A stretch of 64,000 nucleotides of DNA from an uncultured Pseudobdellovibrionaceae bacterium. Its GTDB lineage: Bacteria; Bdellovibrionota; Bdellovibrionia; Bdellovibrionales; UBA1609. Every line of letters begins with the position of its first letter. Position 1 is the stretch's first letter. The stretch spans positions 288,001-352,000 of the forward strand of contig CAWDNU010000001.1 in assembly GCA_963803705.1 (NCBI GenBank), given 5' to 3'. The notes beneath the pieces are model-generated. The model was not told the DNA's origin, did no database searches, and worked only from the letters and a program-made list of their open reading frames with translations. Position numbers and translations under genes: made by a program. Shown here one piece after another: positions 19,827 through 29,957 of this stretch.

Positions 19827-20465
19827 ATGTCCGCAGTTATGACTTTATTAGAAGCATTGAAAACAAGTGGTCTACCAGGCCTGATTATTTTTGCATTAGG
19901 TGCCATTTCAGTTTTCATTATTATCGAAAGATATAAAAAACTGCATATCAACTCAAAAGAAGATAGCGGTGATTTTATGGAAACAGTAAAAGGTCATATA
20001 TTAAATGACCAAATTGGAAAAGCAGTTACATATTGTGATGCTCATAAGAACATACCGGCAGCACAAGTTATGAAATCAATTTTAGAAAGATCAAACCGTG
20101 ATGAAGCATCAATGATAAATGCCGCAGGTTTGGAAGTTTCAAAAGTAGAAGCAGACCTAGGTAAAAGAATGGACTACCTGCCAGCGTTAGCAAACGTATC
20201 AACCTTAGTTGGTCTGTTTGGTACAATTGTTGGTTTGATCATGTCTTTTGCATCTTTAGGTGAGGCTCAAGCAGCTGGAAAACAAGAAGCTTTGTCTGCA
20301 GGTATTTCAATGGCTATGAGTACTACAGCTATGGGTTTGGCATGTGCAATCCCGGTTCTTATTTCTTTTGCTTACTTAAATAATAGAATGAACAAATTGC
20401 TAGACCAGTGTGATCAGTACGGTTCAGAAACCTTAGATTCTGTAAAAAGCAGAATGTTTAAATAG
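19827..20465 (+). CDS. MotA/TolQ/ExbB proton channel (AglR-like)
   Basis: LANVSTLVGLFGTIVGLIMSF, LSAGIS.AMSTTAMGL..AIP; strong AGGAG RBS. Confidence 0.92.
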   Translation: MSAVMTLLEALKTSGLPGLIIFALGAISVFIIIERYKKLHINSKEDSGDFMETVKGHILNDQIGKAVTYCDAHKNIPAAQVMKSILERSNRDEASMINAAGLEVSKVEADLGKRMDYLPALANVSTLVGLFGTIVGLIMSFASLGEAQAAGKQEALSAGISMAMSTTAMGLACAIPVLISFAYLNNRMNKLLDQCDQYGSETLDSVKSRMFK

Positions 20466-20512
20466 ATAGGACTCTATCTATTTAATAAAATATATTTAAT
20501 TGATGAACGTAG

Positions 20513-21031
20513 ATGAGGAAAGTTATGAAAACTTTAAAAAGTTTAAATAAAAAAAGAAAACAGATTGAAAATAAAGATCTTGATTTAGCACCCATGCTTT
20601 CTTTAATGATTGCTATTATACCAGTAATTTTGGCTTCAGCGGTATTATTTAAAATTAGAATCTTTGATTCGTCAGTTTTTCCTGCATCAGATAAAGTGAT
20701 GCAGAAAGACGGAGCCAATGAAAACCCAATAACATTTCTTGAGATAAAGAATTCTCAGTCAGTTTTAGTGAAAGTTAAAAAAAATGAGAAAGTGGATTTT
20801 GAGACTGAAACATCTTTGGTTAATTTGAATAAGATTCTAACCAATCTGAAAATGAAATATCCTGATATGAAGTCATTAAAGATAGAATCAGGATCAGATG
20901 TTTCATACAAAGACATTATTAAAGTTTTTGATATAGCAAAGTCCCCAATTGTCCAAAGTGAAGAAACTGAAGATATAAAAAAGGATACACTTTTTGACGA
21001 TGTAACGCTTGAAGATATTTTCAAAGGATAA
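20513..21031 (+). CDS. ExbD/TolR family protein (AglQ-like)
   Basis: LDLAPMLSLMIAIIPVIL TM; DVSYKDIIKVFDIAK. Confidence 0.8.
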   Translation: MRKVMKTLKSLNKKRKQIENKDLDLAPMLSLMIAIIPVILASAVLFKIRIFDSSVFPASDKVMQKDGANENPITFLEIKNSQSVLVKVKKNEKVDFETETSLVNLNKILTNLKMKYPDMKSLKIESGSDVSYKDIIKVFDIAKSPIVQSEETEDIKKDTLFDDVTLEDIFKG

Positions 21032-21035
21032 CCTT

Positions 21036-21515
21036 ATGTTTAGACGTAAAAGTAAAAAAAGTTCAGAAGTGATTATACAGTTAACTGCTCTTGTAGATGC
21101 GTTTACAATTCTGGTCGTATTTTTTCTTTTGCAGTACTCTACAAGTCCAGAAAATGTTGAGCTCAAGGACAAAGTAAATTTGCCAGTTGCTGAAAATGCT
21201 TATGCCACAGAAAGTCAGGAAAATATAAGTGTCATAATCAATCAAAAATATATTCAAGTCGGTGACAATAAGTTGGTAAATCTGAATTTTGGAAAATTGG
21301 ACAACTCAACTTTACATAAAGAGGATTCAGAATTTATTTCAAGTTTGCACGAAAAAATAACAGAAGACGAAGTGCTAAGCGAGAAGAAAGAGTTTCAGTG
21401 GGTGTTACTAGCTGATGAAACAGTACCTTATGAAACAATTAAAAAGACTATCTATACATTAGCCATTTCAGGTTTTACAAAAATAAAACTAGCATCAACA
21501 ACGGAAGGAAAATAA
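21036..21515 (+). CDS. ExbD/TolR family protein (AglS-like)
   Basis: LTALVDAFTILVVFFL TM; LLADETVPYETIKKTIYT...GFTKIKLA. Confidence 0.85.
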   Translation: MFRRKSKKSSEVIIQLTALVDAFTILVVFFLLQYSTSPENVELKDKVNLPVAENAYATESQENISVIINQKYIQVGDNKLVNLNFGKLDNSTLHKEDSEFISSLHEKITEDEVLSEKKEFQWVLLADETVPYETIKKTIYTLAISGFTKIKLASTTEGK

Positions 21516-24337
21516 TGGGATTTAATATCTACAGAAATCTTTTTATGCTACTTGTTTTTTGCAATCAAGCGCAGGCCAAGGATGTGGTCGATAACTTGAT
21601 TAAGAAGCACAAAGTTACTGAAACAGAGTACATCACCCATTATAACGAGACTCAAGCTATAACAAGTGCAAAAAATTTAATTAAAAAGCATCGAGGCTCA
21701 AAACTTGAACCAGAGCTTAGACATAGGTTAGCAGACTTATATGTCAGAAAATCAAAAACAAGAAATTTTTTGGATCAAGTTTTAAAGAAAAAAGGTAAAG
21801 ACTTTAAAGGCGAATTTGAATCTATACCTAAAAAGCAGAAAAGTTTAAAATCTGCGATATATGAATTACAAAATGTTGAAAAAAGATTTCCAAGATATAG
21901 AAAAATGGACGAAGTTTATTATACGATGGGTATGTCGTATTTGAAGTTAGGGCAAGTAGATCTAGCTGAAAGACCTTTTTTAAATTTAATTCGTAGGCAT
22001 AAGCAGTCTTCACTTGTACAAGATTCAAATCTTTCATTAGCCGAAATCTACTATCATCAAAAAAATTATAAAAGTTCAGGATTTTACTTCTCAAAAATTA
22101 TAGAAGATAAGTCACACAACGCCCAGTCCTACTCTATGTATAAACGTGCTTGGACAGAATATTACAGACAACAGTACAAATCAGCATTCCAAGACATGAA
22201 ATCAGCTTATTTGAATTCAAAAAGCCGCAAAGATGGTTTTGATGTTTCATCAGAAGTAGTTGCTGACCTACCACTTTTTACAGCTGAAGTTTTTAAAGGC
22301 AGTCAGGTTTACGGTCAGCTTTCTAGCTTTCTAAAAGATAGTAGTGTTTTAACCGATTCTTTAGATGCTCATGCGCGAGTCTTCGCTGACAGGTCTGACT
22401 ACAGAGACGAAATAGCTGTGTTAAGCGTTTTACTTAAAGGATCAAGGGATGCTAAACACAAATTTGAGTACCTATCTAGACTATCGATCGCTTACGAGAA
22501 GATAGACAATCTGGATGCCTCAGCTGACTACTACAGATTAGCTGATCGCTTATTAGATCAGAAAGTTGATGAAGCGGTTAAGGACGAATTTTTAGTTTTT
22601 GGCAGAAATTTAGTTAAAAATACCTATAAGTTATGGGTGAAGTCAGACGTAAAAGCTAAAAATAGGATTAAGCTAGTACCAATATTGAAAATTGGTGACA
22701 TGGCCTACAAGACTATTAGCAACTCGGATAAACAGAAACCAAAATTTATTAATATTCTAGCTGAATTGAACTTCGATATAAAAAACTTTGACAGAGCTAG
22801 TCACTTTTTTGAAATGGCAAGTGATGTTTCTAAAGACAGTAAAGAGTCACATGAACTACTTTATTCTGCCATAGTTTCACACGAAAAGTCAGTTAATAAA
22901 GACAAATGGACCGGGAAAAAAGTTTTAAGACAAAGGCACTTAGTTTTAAAATATGATCAAAAATTTTCTAAAGGTAAGTATCTTTTAGAAGTTCTTTATA
23001 AATTTGCAAGAGTAGAAGAAAAATATGGTAAGCAGAGTTTAGCACTTTCAACATTCAAAAGACTTGGCGGAGAGTATCCAGATACCGTTAAGGGGCAAGA
23101 TTCTCAGAACTTTGTCATCAAGATTTATGAAAAAACAAAAAATTATAGTGCAGTAAATAGCTACTTATCTGAAATCATACCAAGGACTAAAAATAGCAAT
23201 AGACTGATTGTCTTAAAACCTATATTCGATAATTCTTTCTTTCTAATGGCTCAGCAAAATGAAGATAAAAAAAGATTCAAGGATGCCATTATTAACTACA
23301 GAGGATATCTAAAGTCTTCATATTTGAAAACCAAAACTACTGAAGCGATGTGGAACATTGCTATTAACTACAAGAAAGCAGGGCTAAAGAAGAATGCAGC
23401 TAATGCATACCTTGCTTTCTACAAATCTAACAAAAATAGTAAAAATTCAAAAGTTGCATTAGAGGAATCACTAGCACTTTATGAGAAAATCAGAAAATAT
23501 TCTAAGGTCGAGGAAGTGGCATGGATTTTAGAATCAATTACAAGTGGCGATGAACAGATTAAATGGGCATTTTCGTTAGCAAGAGTCAACATCTTAAATA
23601 AAAAGTTCAAAGACGCTGAAATTAGATTTTCTAAATTAGTAAATGTATCTAATAAAAAAATAAATATAAATGTCCATCAGCATTTATTTGATCACGTTGA
23701 TAAAATAAAAGTCGGCTTTAAAGCAAACGCCCTAAGGGTGCTTCAAAATGGTCAAGAGCCGTTCAGATCTGAGGCTATGTTGAAAGTGGCAATGGACGCG
23801 CTAGCAGATAAAAAGGTTTCACTGGCCAAAAGCAAGTTTAGAGATATTTTACAGTCCAGAGGGGCATTGGCAGAATCTAAAGCTAAAGCTTCAATCTTTC
23901 TAGCAGAGATGAAGGTTCAGGACTTATCTTTAGATCGAGCCAGTAAACCTATGAATTTTGATAGAACTCTAAGTTTCATTGAAAGAACTATGGCTAAGGC
24001 GCAACCAATCACTCTTGATTTTCAAGATGTGCTGAAATTTGGGCATGATGAAAGTTCACTCAGAGCCTTAATTAAACTATCAAGACTTTATTTAGATCTG
24101 GGAATGATTATGGCATCTTTAGTAGTTGTAGATAAGGCAGATTTAAAACTAGCGATAGAGCGTGAAATCAGAAATCTTAAAACAACGTTAAGAACTTCAT
24201 TCTATCAATCTTACGAAAACTCTTTAAATATTATGGCTAAAAATCGCAAACTTAAATCCAAATATAACTACAGAGTTAAAAAAATTAAACGAGAATTTGA
24301 AAAATTTTATAATCAAAAGAACGTGGCATCGAGGTAA
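21515..24337 (+). CDS. Large periplasmic TPR protein (GltD/GltE-like)
   Basis: Signal peptide (AQA), 940 aa of TPR-like repeats, RLADLY motif, operon context. Confidence 0.75.
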   Translation: MGFNIYRNLFMLLVFCNQAQAKDVVDNLIKKHKVTETEYITHYNETQAITSAKNLIKKHRGSKLEPELRHRLADLYVRKSKTRNFLDQVLKKKGKDFKGEFESIPKKQKSLKSAIYELQNVEKRFPRYRKMDEVYYTMGMSYLKLGQVDLAERPFLNLIRRHKQSSLVQDSNLSLAEIYYHQKNYKSSGFYFSKIIEDKSHNAQSYSMYKRAWTEYYRQQYKSAFQDMKSAYLNSKSRKDGFDVSSEVVADLPLFTAEVFKGSQVYGQLSSFLKDSSVLTDSLDAHARVFADRSDYRDEIAVLSVLLKGSRDAKHKFEYLSRLSIAYEKIDNLDASADYYRLADRLLDQKVDEAVKDEFLVFGRNLVKNTYKLWVKSDVKAKNRIKLVPILKIGDMAYKTISNSDKQKPKFINILAELNFDIKNFDRASHFFEMASDVSKDSKESHELLYSAIVSHEKSVNKDKWTGKKVLRQRHLVLKYDQKFSKGKYLLEVLYKFARVEEKYGKQSLALSTFKRLGGEYPDTVKGQDSQNFVIKIYEKTKNYSAVNSYLSEIIPRTKNSNRLIVLKPIFDNSFFLMAQQNEDKKRFKDAIINYRGYLKSSYLKTKTTEAMWNIAINYKKAGLKKNAANAYLAFYKSNKNSKNSKVALEESLALYEKIRKYSKVEEVAWILESITSGDEQIKWAFSLARVNILNKKFKDAEIRFSKLVNVSNKKININVHQHLFDHVDKIKVGFKANALRVLQNGQEPFRSEAMLKVAMDALADKKVSLAKSKFRDILQSRGALAESKAKASIFLAEMKVQDLSLDRASKPMNFDRTLSFIERTMAKAQPITLDFQDVLKFGHDESSLRALIKLSRLYLDLGMIMASLVVVDKADLKLAIEREIRNLKTTLRTSFYQSYENSLNIMAKNRKLKSKYNYRVKKIKREFEKFYNQKNVASR

Positions 24338-24340
24338 CTT

Positions 24341-24610
24341 ATGAAAATCAAGACGTTAATAATACTAGTCTATATTTTAGTTCAGTCATTGGGATTACAA
24401 AATACCTTTGCAGCGAAAAAAATATATAAGTATAGAAAATCACAGCAACATAAGTTTGGTGGCGCAGACGTTATGGGTGATGGTTTTGATCCATCAGGTT
24501 CTATCTTAAACGAAGAGCACCCGCAGTCTTTCAGCTATATCTTCGATAGAAAGACAAAAGTGATTAAAAAGATTAATGAGTTATCTAGATATGCAGGGAG
24601 ATCTTTATGA
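24341..24610 (+). CDS. Small exported GltF/CglF-like protein
   Basis: Signal peptide; Y.....KF.GADVMG...DPSG pattern; position directly before the GltG-like gene. Confidence 0.55.
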   Translation: MKIKTLIILVYILVQSLGLQNTFAAKKIYKYRKSQQHKFGGADVMGDGFDPSGSILNEEHPQSFSYIFDRKTKVIKKINELSRYAGRSL

Positions 24611-26196
24611 GCAAGAACGAAATTTTAATTGTAAAGTATTACAAAGATAAAACCCTATATTCATCTCAAGTACTGTCACCATCTGAAAACATGGTTGAAA
24701 AACAGGTGGTTGGCCAAAAAGAAACAGGTGGTTCTGGATACTGGGGTTTGAATTTAAATTTTGACCCCAAGTCTGGTTGGATTGTTTCAGTTAAAAACAG
24801 AAAAAGAGCGTTGAAGCTGAAATCAAAAATTGCTCTTGCGAATAAGGTTACTGCGATAATTGAATATCAGTCGATAAAGCCTATAGATCTTGGTGAAGTT
24901 GAACCTGAAAAAGTAAAAAAAATCCAAGTCGTTGTTTTAAATAGCAAAAATCAGTATATTTTTTCAGACATATTACCAAATAAACGTATTCAGAAATTTA
25001 ACTTTGCTGGCGCGAGACTAAAAATTAAAAGACCTCTTTCAGAAACCTGGGAACAATTACATAAAGACAAACAGGGTAATAAAATATCTGTAAGACAGGT
25101 CTTTGTTCCCGCTGAGGCAAACTTAAAGACACCCGTGCCATTTAGTCCTGCTGATAAAGAACTTATCAAAAAGATTGCAGTTGGTTATGTAGCCACGATT
25201 GCTTTCTTTTTAATGGCTTATGCTCTAGTATTCTTGGTTCAATATTTTTTAAAAGATAAAAACCAGTATGATGTTGTTAAGATTGATGAAACAGTTTTGC
25301 AGGAAAAAAGAGAAAAACTTTTTAAAGATAAAACTAAAATTGTGCCCCCGACTACAAAAAAAGTTGTTCGAAAAAAAGTTGCAAAGGCCTTTAAAAAGTC
25401 AAAAAAAATTGTAAAAGGAGCTTCAAAAAAAGCCATTGCTAAGAAATCAAATAAAAAAAGTAGCGGTGGTGGTCCAAAATCTAAAAGAGTCGCTGTTGAA
25501 GGTGTTAAGTCTAATAAAATGAAAATAACTAAAGGTCGTAGAGGTTCCAAGGGGAACTTTGGCCAAGCTGAAAAGACTAGATCTAAGTTATCTAAGCTTT
25601 CAGGCTTATCTGCAGGGATTGGATTTAACTCTAAATCCGCAAAACGTGCCAATAATCTGAATGAAAGAGGCAGCGGTGGTGACTTTTCTTCGCTAAGAAA
25701 AGGCTCGCCAACAGGTAAAAAAGGATTTGGATTAGGTGGTAGTGGAAATGGTAAAGCTGGTATGGGTTCATATAAAGTAGGTGGCCTAGGAACTATGTCT
25801 TTAGGAGGTTCCTCACGGGGTGGCGGTACTGGTGCTTCGCTTTCTAAGAATAAAACGGGTAGAGGTTTTATAGACGGAATTGAGGAAGAAGTAGTAGTTG
25901 TAGGTGGATTAGATAAATCTGTTATCGAAAGAGTAATTCGTCGTAATCTTGGTGATATAAATTACTGTTACGAAAGACGGCTTAATGCAAGACCAAATTT
26001 GTCAGGTGTATTTGAAGCTGAGTTCTATATAGGCGCTAACGGACGGGTTAAAAGCTCTGGCTCAAGTAGAAACACATTGAGTGATGCTCGGCTTAACAAT
26101 TGCATTAATAGTTCAATTAAAACATGGAAATTTCCAAAACCTGTGGGTGGAACAGTTGTAAAAGTTAACTACCCCTTTATTTTGAAATCTTCGTAA
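24607..26196 (+). CDS. GltG/AgmX-PglI-type TonB-like energy transducer
   Basis: Single TM, Lys/Gly-rich linker, C-terminal GGLDKSVIERVIRRN...YCYE...L.G...F.I...G.V...W.FPKP.GG.V.VNYPF. Confidence 0.85.
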   Translation: MSKNEILIVKYYKDKTLYSSQVLSPSENMVEKQVVGQKETGGSGYWGLNLNFDPKSGWIVSVKNRKRALKLKSKIALANKVTAIIEYQSIKPIDLGEVEPEKVKKIQVVVLNSKNQYIFSDILPNKRIQKFNFAGARLKIKRPLSETWEQLHKDKQGNKISVRQVFVPAEANLKTPVPFSPADKELIKKIAVGYVATIAFFLMAYALVFLVQYFLKDKNQYDVVKIDETVLQEKREKLFKDKTKIVPPTTKKVVRKKVAKAFKKSKKIVKGASKKAIAKKSNKKSSGGGPKSKRVAVEGVKSNKMKITKGRRGSKGNFGQAEKTRSKLSKLSGLSAGIGFNSKSAKRANNLNERGSGGDFSSLRKGSPTGKKGFGLGGSGNGKAGMGSYKVGGLGTMSLGGSSRGGGTGASLSKNKTGRGFIDGIEEEVVVVGGLDKSVIERVIRRNLGDINYCYERRLNARPNLSGVFEAEFYIGANGRVKSSGSSRNTLSDARLNNCINSSIKTWKFPKPVGGTVVKVNYPFILKSS

Positions 26197-26228
26197 GTAA
26201 CAGTTACCTATTGCAAGGAGCAATGAAA

Positions 26229-26957
26229 ATGAAATGGTTGAGTTCAATATTTGTATTTGCACTAAGTTTGACAAACACAGTTCAGGCTTTTGGACAGTAT
26301 GAATCGCGCGATAAGAAGATAAATACACGTAAACTAGTTGATGATTATTGGACTCCTAGTCGTAAAAAATACTCTTTGATTCAAAAAAGATATTTTGTGA
26401 AATCAGGACGTATAATGTTAAGTGCAAATGCCGGGGTTCATATAAATAACCCACAACACGAAGGCTTCATGACACAATTATCTGCTGGTTACTTTTTTTC
26501 CGAGACATTAGGTTTCGAAGTGCAGTTTTCTAACTCTTCTTTAAAGTCAAACGACGTAATTGATCAGCTGGCTAATTTGAGCGCCGGAGAGTCAACTTTA
26601 AATCGTACTAAAACTTTAAGTTATATTGGTGGTGCGATAAACTATTCGCCTATTTACGCTAAAATGAGTTTTTTGGGCTATAAAATATTATACTATGATT
26701 TAATTTTATCGGGGCAGTTAGGTCAAACGCAATATGAGCAAACACTTCAAACCGACAGCCCTACAAGTTCTGCTTTAACTGTTGGATTCGGTATCACTCA
26801 ATTATTTTATTTAAATAAGAGTTTTTCGGTACGTGTTGATTTTAACAACAGATGGTATAGCTCTGAAGTGCTCAAATACGACGACAGGACAGTGAAAATT
26901 AAGGATCGAGTCATAAATGATACGCAATTAGCTGTCGGACTAACTTATATGCTTTAA
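26229..26957 (+). CDS. Outer membrane beta-barrel (GltA/GltB-like)
   Basis: LIQKRYFVKSGR, YSPIYAKMSFLG.KILYYD, amphipathic strands; AAGGAG RBS. Confidence 0.75.
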   Translation: MKWLSSIFVFALSLTNTVQAFGQYESRDKKINTRKLVDDYWTPSRKKYSLIQKRYFVKSGRIMLSANAGVHINNPQHEGFMTQLSAGYFFSETLGFEVQFSNSSLKSNDVIDQLANLSAGESTLNRTKTLSYIGGAINYSPIYAKMSFLGYKILYYDLILSGQLGQTQYEQTLQTDSPTSSALTVGFGITQLFYLNKSFSVRVDFNNRWYSSEVLKYDDRTVKIKDRVINDTQLAVGLTYML

Positions 26958-26968
26958 AGGTGATTTTT

Positions 26969-28579
26969 ATGAAACTGAAGTTTTTTATAACTATTTTACT
27001 ATTCACAATGAGCGCACAAGCTGATTGCATTGACGAGATTGTAAATTACAGGTCTACAGGTCGGGGTGATTTGAAGACTGCAGATTGCTTTCATAAAAAC
27101 AAGCTTTACTCAGAATCACTACCACTTTTGACTAAACTATCAGAAAACAACTTGGAAGCACTAGAGTACTTACTAGCGAAGTTGCCTTCCGGGTATGAAT
27201 CTGTAGTAGAAAGATTTTTATCTAAAATCAAGCCCAAAAAACTAAATAAAAAAGTATTTGGCGAATATGTATATTGGCGTGCAAAAGGCTTAAATCGAAA
27301 AGGTAGTTACAAAAGTGTGCTTGCCATTACCAACAATTTTGACCGAAATCATCCAAAGTACCCATTTATACTTTTTTTTAGGGGTGTTGCTCTAATCAAT
27401 TTTAACAAAATGAATGCAGCAGAAACTTCTTTTTTGGAAGCAAAAAAGAAGATTTCAAACATAAAGAAGCAAAGTAACAAAGAAACCTTTCTATTTGATT
27501 TGATCTCTTCTTCTTTAGGTAAAATATATCTAACTCAAAAAAAATACCCTCAAGCTGAAGCCCAATATAAAGATATTAATCCAAGCAGTGTAATTTGGTA
27601 CGATAATCTTGTTGAACTTGGTTGGAATCAGTTGAAAAGTAATAATTATTCTCAAGCTCTTGGAAATATGTATTTTATAGATAAAAACACATCTCCTGTT
27701 TCATGGAAACCTGATTCATACTTGATTAGATCAATGGCTTTTTTAAGTTTATGTCATTTTCCTGATGCTGATGAAGCTTTGAAAGTAGTAGAAGACTTTT
27801 ATAAAGCCCTTTATAACTCTTCTGTTACGGCGAAAAAAACTAACGTCAATTTTTACGAACTTTTAAAGCAAAGTCTTTCGATGAATCCAAATTCAGAGGT
27901 CCAAGGTTTCCCGGTTCCTTTAATTAGGTATGCAGCAATTGATATTGATTTTATTCAGGTCCAAGAGTCAATAAACAACCTGATTGATGAATTGAGCGCT
28001 CAAAGAAAATTAGAAAATAAAATTGCTAAGAGAGTTCGTTTCTATGAAAAAGACAAAATTTCAAATATCGATAAAGTAGCAAAATTGAAAGAACAAATTT
28101 ATAGATTAAAATCAAAAAAGTCCAAAAAACAAAAAGTAGATGAAAAAGAGAATGAACTTAGGGACGCCCAGAACCAATTGGCCTCTATAAATGTTGGAAT
28201 TAATAGTTTAAATAGTGGTGTAGATTTTCACATCTCTAAATTAAATCAAAAGATCAAAAGTTTAGAGCGTTTAAAGTCGAAGGCTGAACAGAGTGCTGCG
28301 CGGGTCTTGAAGAATAAAGTGATAGTGACTTTAAAGCAGCTTAAAGAAAAGTTGAATCAAGCAGAGCTAATTAGATTTGAAATCTTTTCCAGATCTGGAA
28401 ATAATATAAGGTACCGGCTAGCAGGTGGTAAAATAAGCAAAAAAGACAGTCAAACTGCTTTTAAAGCCTTTGGCGCTAAAGAGCTAAAGTGGGATTTCAA
28501 AGGGGAAATCTGGAAAGATGAATACGGATCTTTAGACGCCTCTGTAAAGAATCTGTGTAAAGTTAACGAAGCAAAATAG
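26969..28579 (+). CDS. GltC-like TPR / coiled-coil protein
   Basis: Signal peptide; W...LVELGW...ALG, P.SYLIRS..FLSLCHF, WDFKGEIWKDEYG...C. Confidence 0.72.
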   Translation: MKLKFFITILLFTMSAQADCIDEIVNYRSTGRGDLKTADCFHKNKLYSESLPLLTKLSENNLEALEYLLAKLPSGYESVVERFLSKIKPKKLNKKVFGEYVYWRAKGLNRKGSYKSVLAITNNFDRNHPKYPFILFFRGVALINFNKMNAAETSFLEAKKKISNIKKQSNKETFLFDLISSSLGKIYLTQKKYPQAEAQYKDINPSSVIWYDNLVELGWNQLKSNNYSQALGNMYFIDKNTSPVSWKPDSYLIRSMAFLSLCHFPDADEALKVVEDFYKALYNSSVTAKKTNVNFYELLKQSLSMNPNSEVQGFPVPLIRYAAIDIDFIQVQESINNLIDELSAQRKLENKIAKRVRFYEKDKISNIDKVAKLKEQIYRLKSKKSKKQKVDEKENELRDAQNQLASINVGINSLNSGVDFHISKLNQKIKSLERLKSKAEQSAARVLKNKVIVTLKQLKEKLNQAELIRFEIFSRSGNNIRYRLAGGKISKKDSQTAFKAFGAKELKWDFKGEIWKDEYGSLDASVKNLCKVNEAK

Positions 28580-28624
28580 ATAAATTTGGTTGAAATTCAA
28601 CGCCAACTCTGGGATTAATTAGAA

Positions 28625-29437
28625 ATGATATTTATTAAGATTTTTAGCATTTTTACTTACTTCTTCCAAATAACTAAAAGTGTGTTTGGGACCGGGTTTG
28701 TTATATTTTTTCTGATCTCTTGCACTAGAAACACTAATAATCTTCTTCCAAGAGGTGGCTACTGTGGCCTTAGCACTCAGGATTTCAAAAACCCTTACTC
28801 TACAGAAAATCTGGATAGTGAAGTCTTTTTAATTCTTGAGGATTTGTTAAGTGGCGCAGATGATCAAACAACTGATCCCGTAAAGTATCGCGCTCAGACA
28901 GTTAGTTTGTTGTTTAAAAAAGGACAGGCAGTGTCAAGTTCGGATGGGGAAGGACCATATGTTCCTGATGAGCAAGTTATGTTTTTACATGTTCCCGTGT
29001 ACCTAAGTGACAATGTGTCTTTAGCTGGTTTCAACACTACGTGCAAAAGAGGTCTAACCTTAGAGTCCGAAGGCAGCTTCGCAGCTGTTCTGCCGACTGA
29101 GATTAGCTTAAACAAAGATTTAACCTGGACATCGAACCAGTCTTTAGAATATTCAGTCAGCTACGGGGCTCAGTTTACAGAAGAAGGTTTTTTAGTTGGA
29201 TCGGTCGAGCCAACTTCTGATCCTGGTTCTGCAGGTAGTGCTGACTTTGATTTTGTGGATTTAGTCTTTCTAGAGCAAATTGGAAAGTTGAGTAAAATTC
29301 AGAAAGATATGAAAGCTTCGCTTGATACGAAGTTAGACGAAATTTTCATGCAAGTGCAAGTCTCTGCTGATCCAGAAGTATTTGCACGAATCACTTTCTT
29401 AAAGGTTAAAGAAATAGCTGCAAGCGACTTAGATTAG
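28625..29437 (+). CDS. Hypothetical lipoprotein
   Basis: LISC lipobox; acidic mature part; start may be downstream. Confidence 0.6.
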   Translation: MIFIKIFSIFTYFFQITKSVFGTGFVIFFLISCTRNTNNLLPRGGYCGLSTQDFKNPYSTENLDSEVFLILEDLLSGADDQTTDPVKYRAQTVSLLFKKGQAVSSSDGEGPYVPDEQVMFLHVPVYLSDNVSLAGFNTTCKRGLTLESEGSFAAVLPTEISLNKDLTWTSNQSLEYSVSYGAQFTEEGFLVGSVEPTSDPGSAGSADFDFVDLVFLEQIGKLSKIQKDMKASLDTKLDEIFMQVQVSADPEVFARITFLKVKEIAASDLD

Positions 29438-29489
29438 CCTATTTTATTACTAATTTTATTTTCAAATTCTTTCACATTAGCAAAGTAAG

Positions 29490-29957
29490 CTATAATATAG
29501 GCTTAGTAAATTTTGTATTTACTTTTCGAAACTCTTCTAATCTAGAGTCATATTTGTACACATTTAATATAGGTTTCATTCTTCTATTGTAAGTGGGCGC
29601 GATGATTTCTAAGTCGACGTCACGATCCACATTTGCGATAGCTAAGTTAGAAGTTTGATCTTTAATTAGAATATAAGCATCATATTCTCCCTCTAATTTC
29701 AGGGTATCGATTAGTTCAAGGCCGTGATTGAGTTGGCCGTATACCTCTAGAAAAACTTTATTATTCTGTTTAATCTTTAAAATAGAAAGTTTTATTTGAT
29801 TATTCAATTTTGAAGTTTCAATTTTAGCAAGCACGGTGCGACCCATATTTTTTATATTTCTATTGAAAAAATTTTGAGTATTAGAATTAAAAAAAAGAAA
29901 AAGACTTAAAGTTAACAATAGAAAAGAAATAATATAACTTTTTTTAAACGCGGTCAT
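29490..29957 (-). CDS. Hypothetical membrane-anchored protein
   Basis: N-terminal hydrophobic anchor; NLAIANVDRDVDLEIIAP (FG-GAP-like); abuts pgeF. Confidence 0.6.
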   Translation of the reverse strand: MTAFKKSYIISFLLLTLSLFLFFNSNTQNFFNRNIKNMGRTVLAKIETSKLNNQIKLSILKIKQNNKVFLEVYGQLNHGLELIDTLKLEGEYDAYILIKDQTSNLAIANVDRDVDLEIIAPTYNRRMKPILNVYKYDSRLEEFRKVNTKFTKPIL

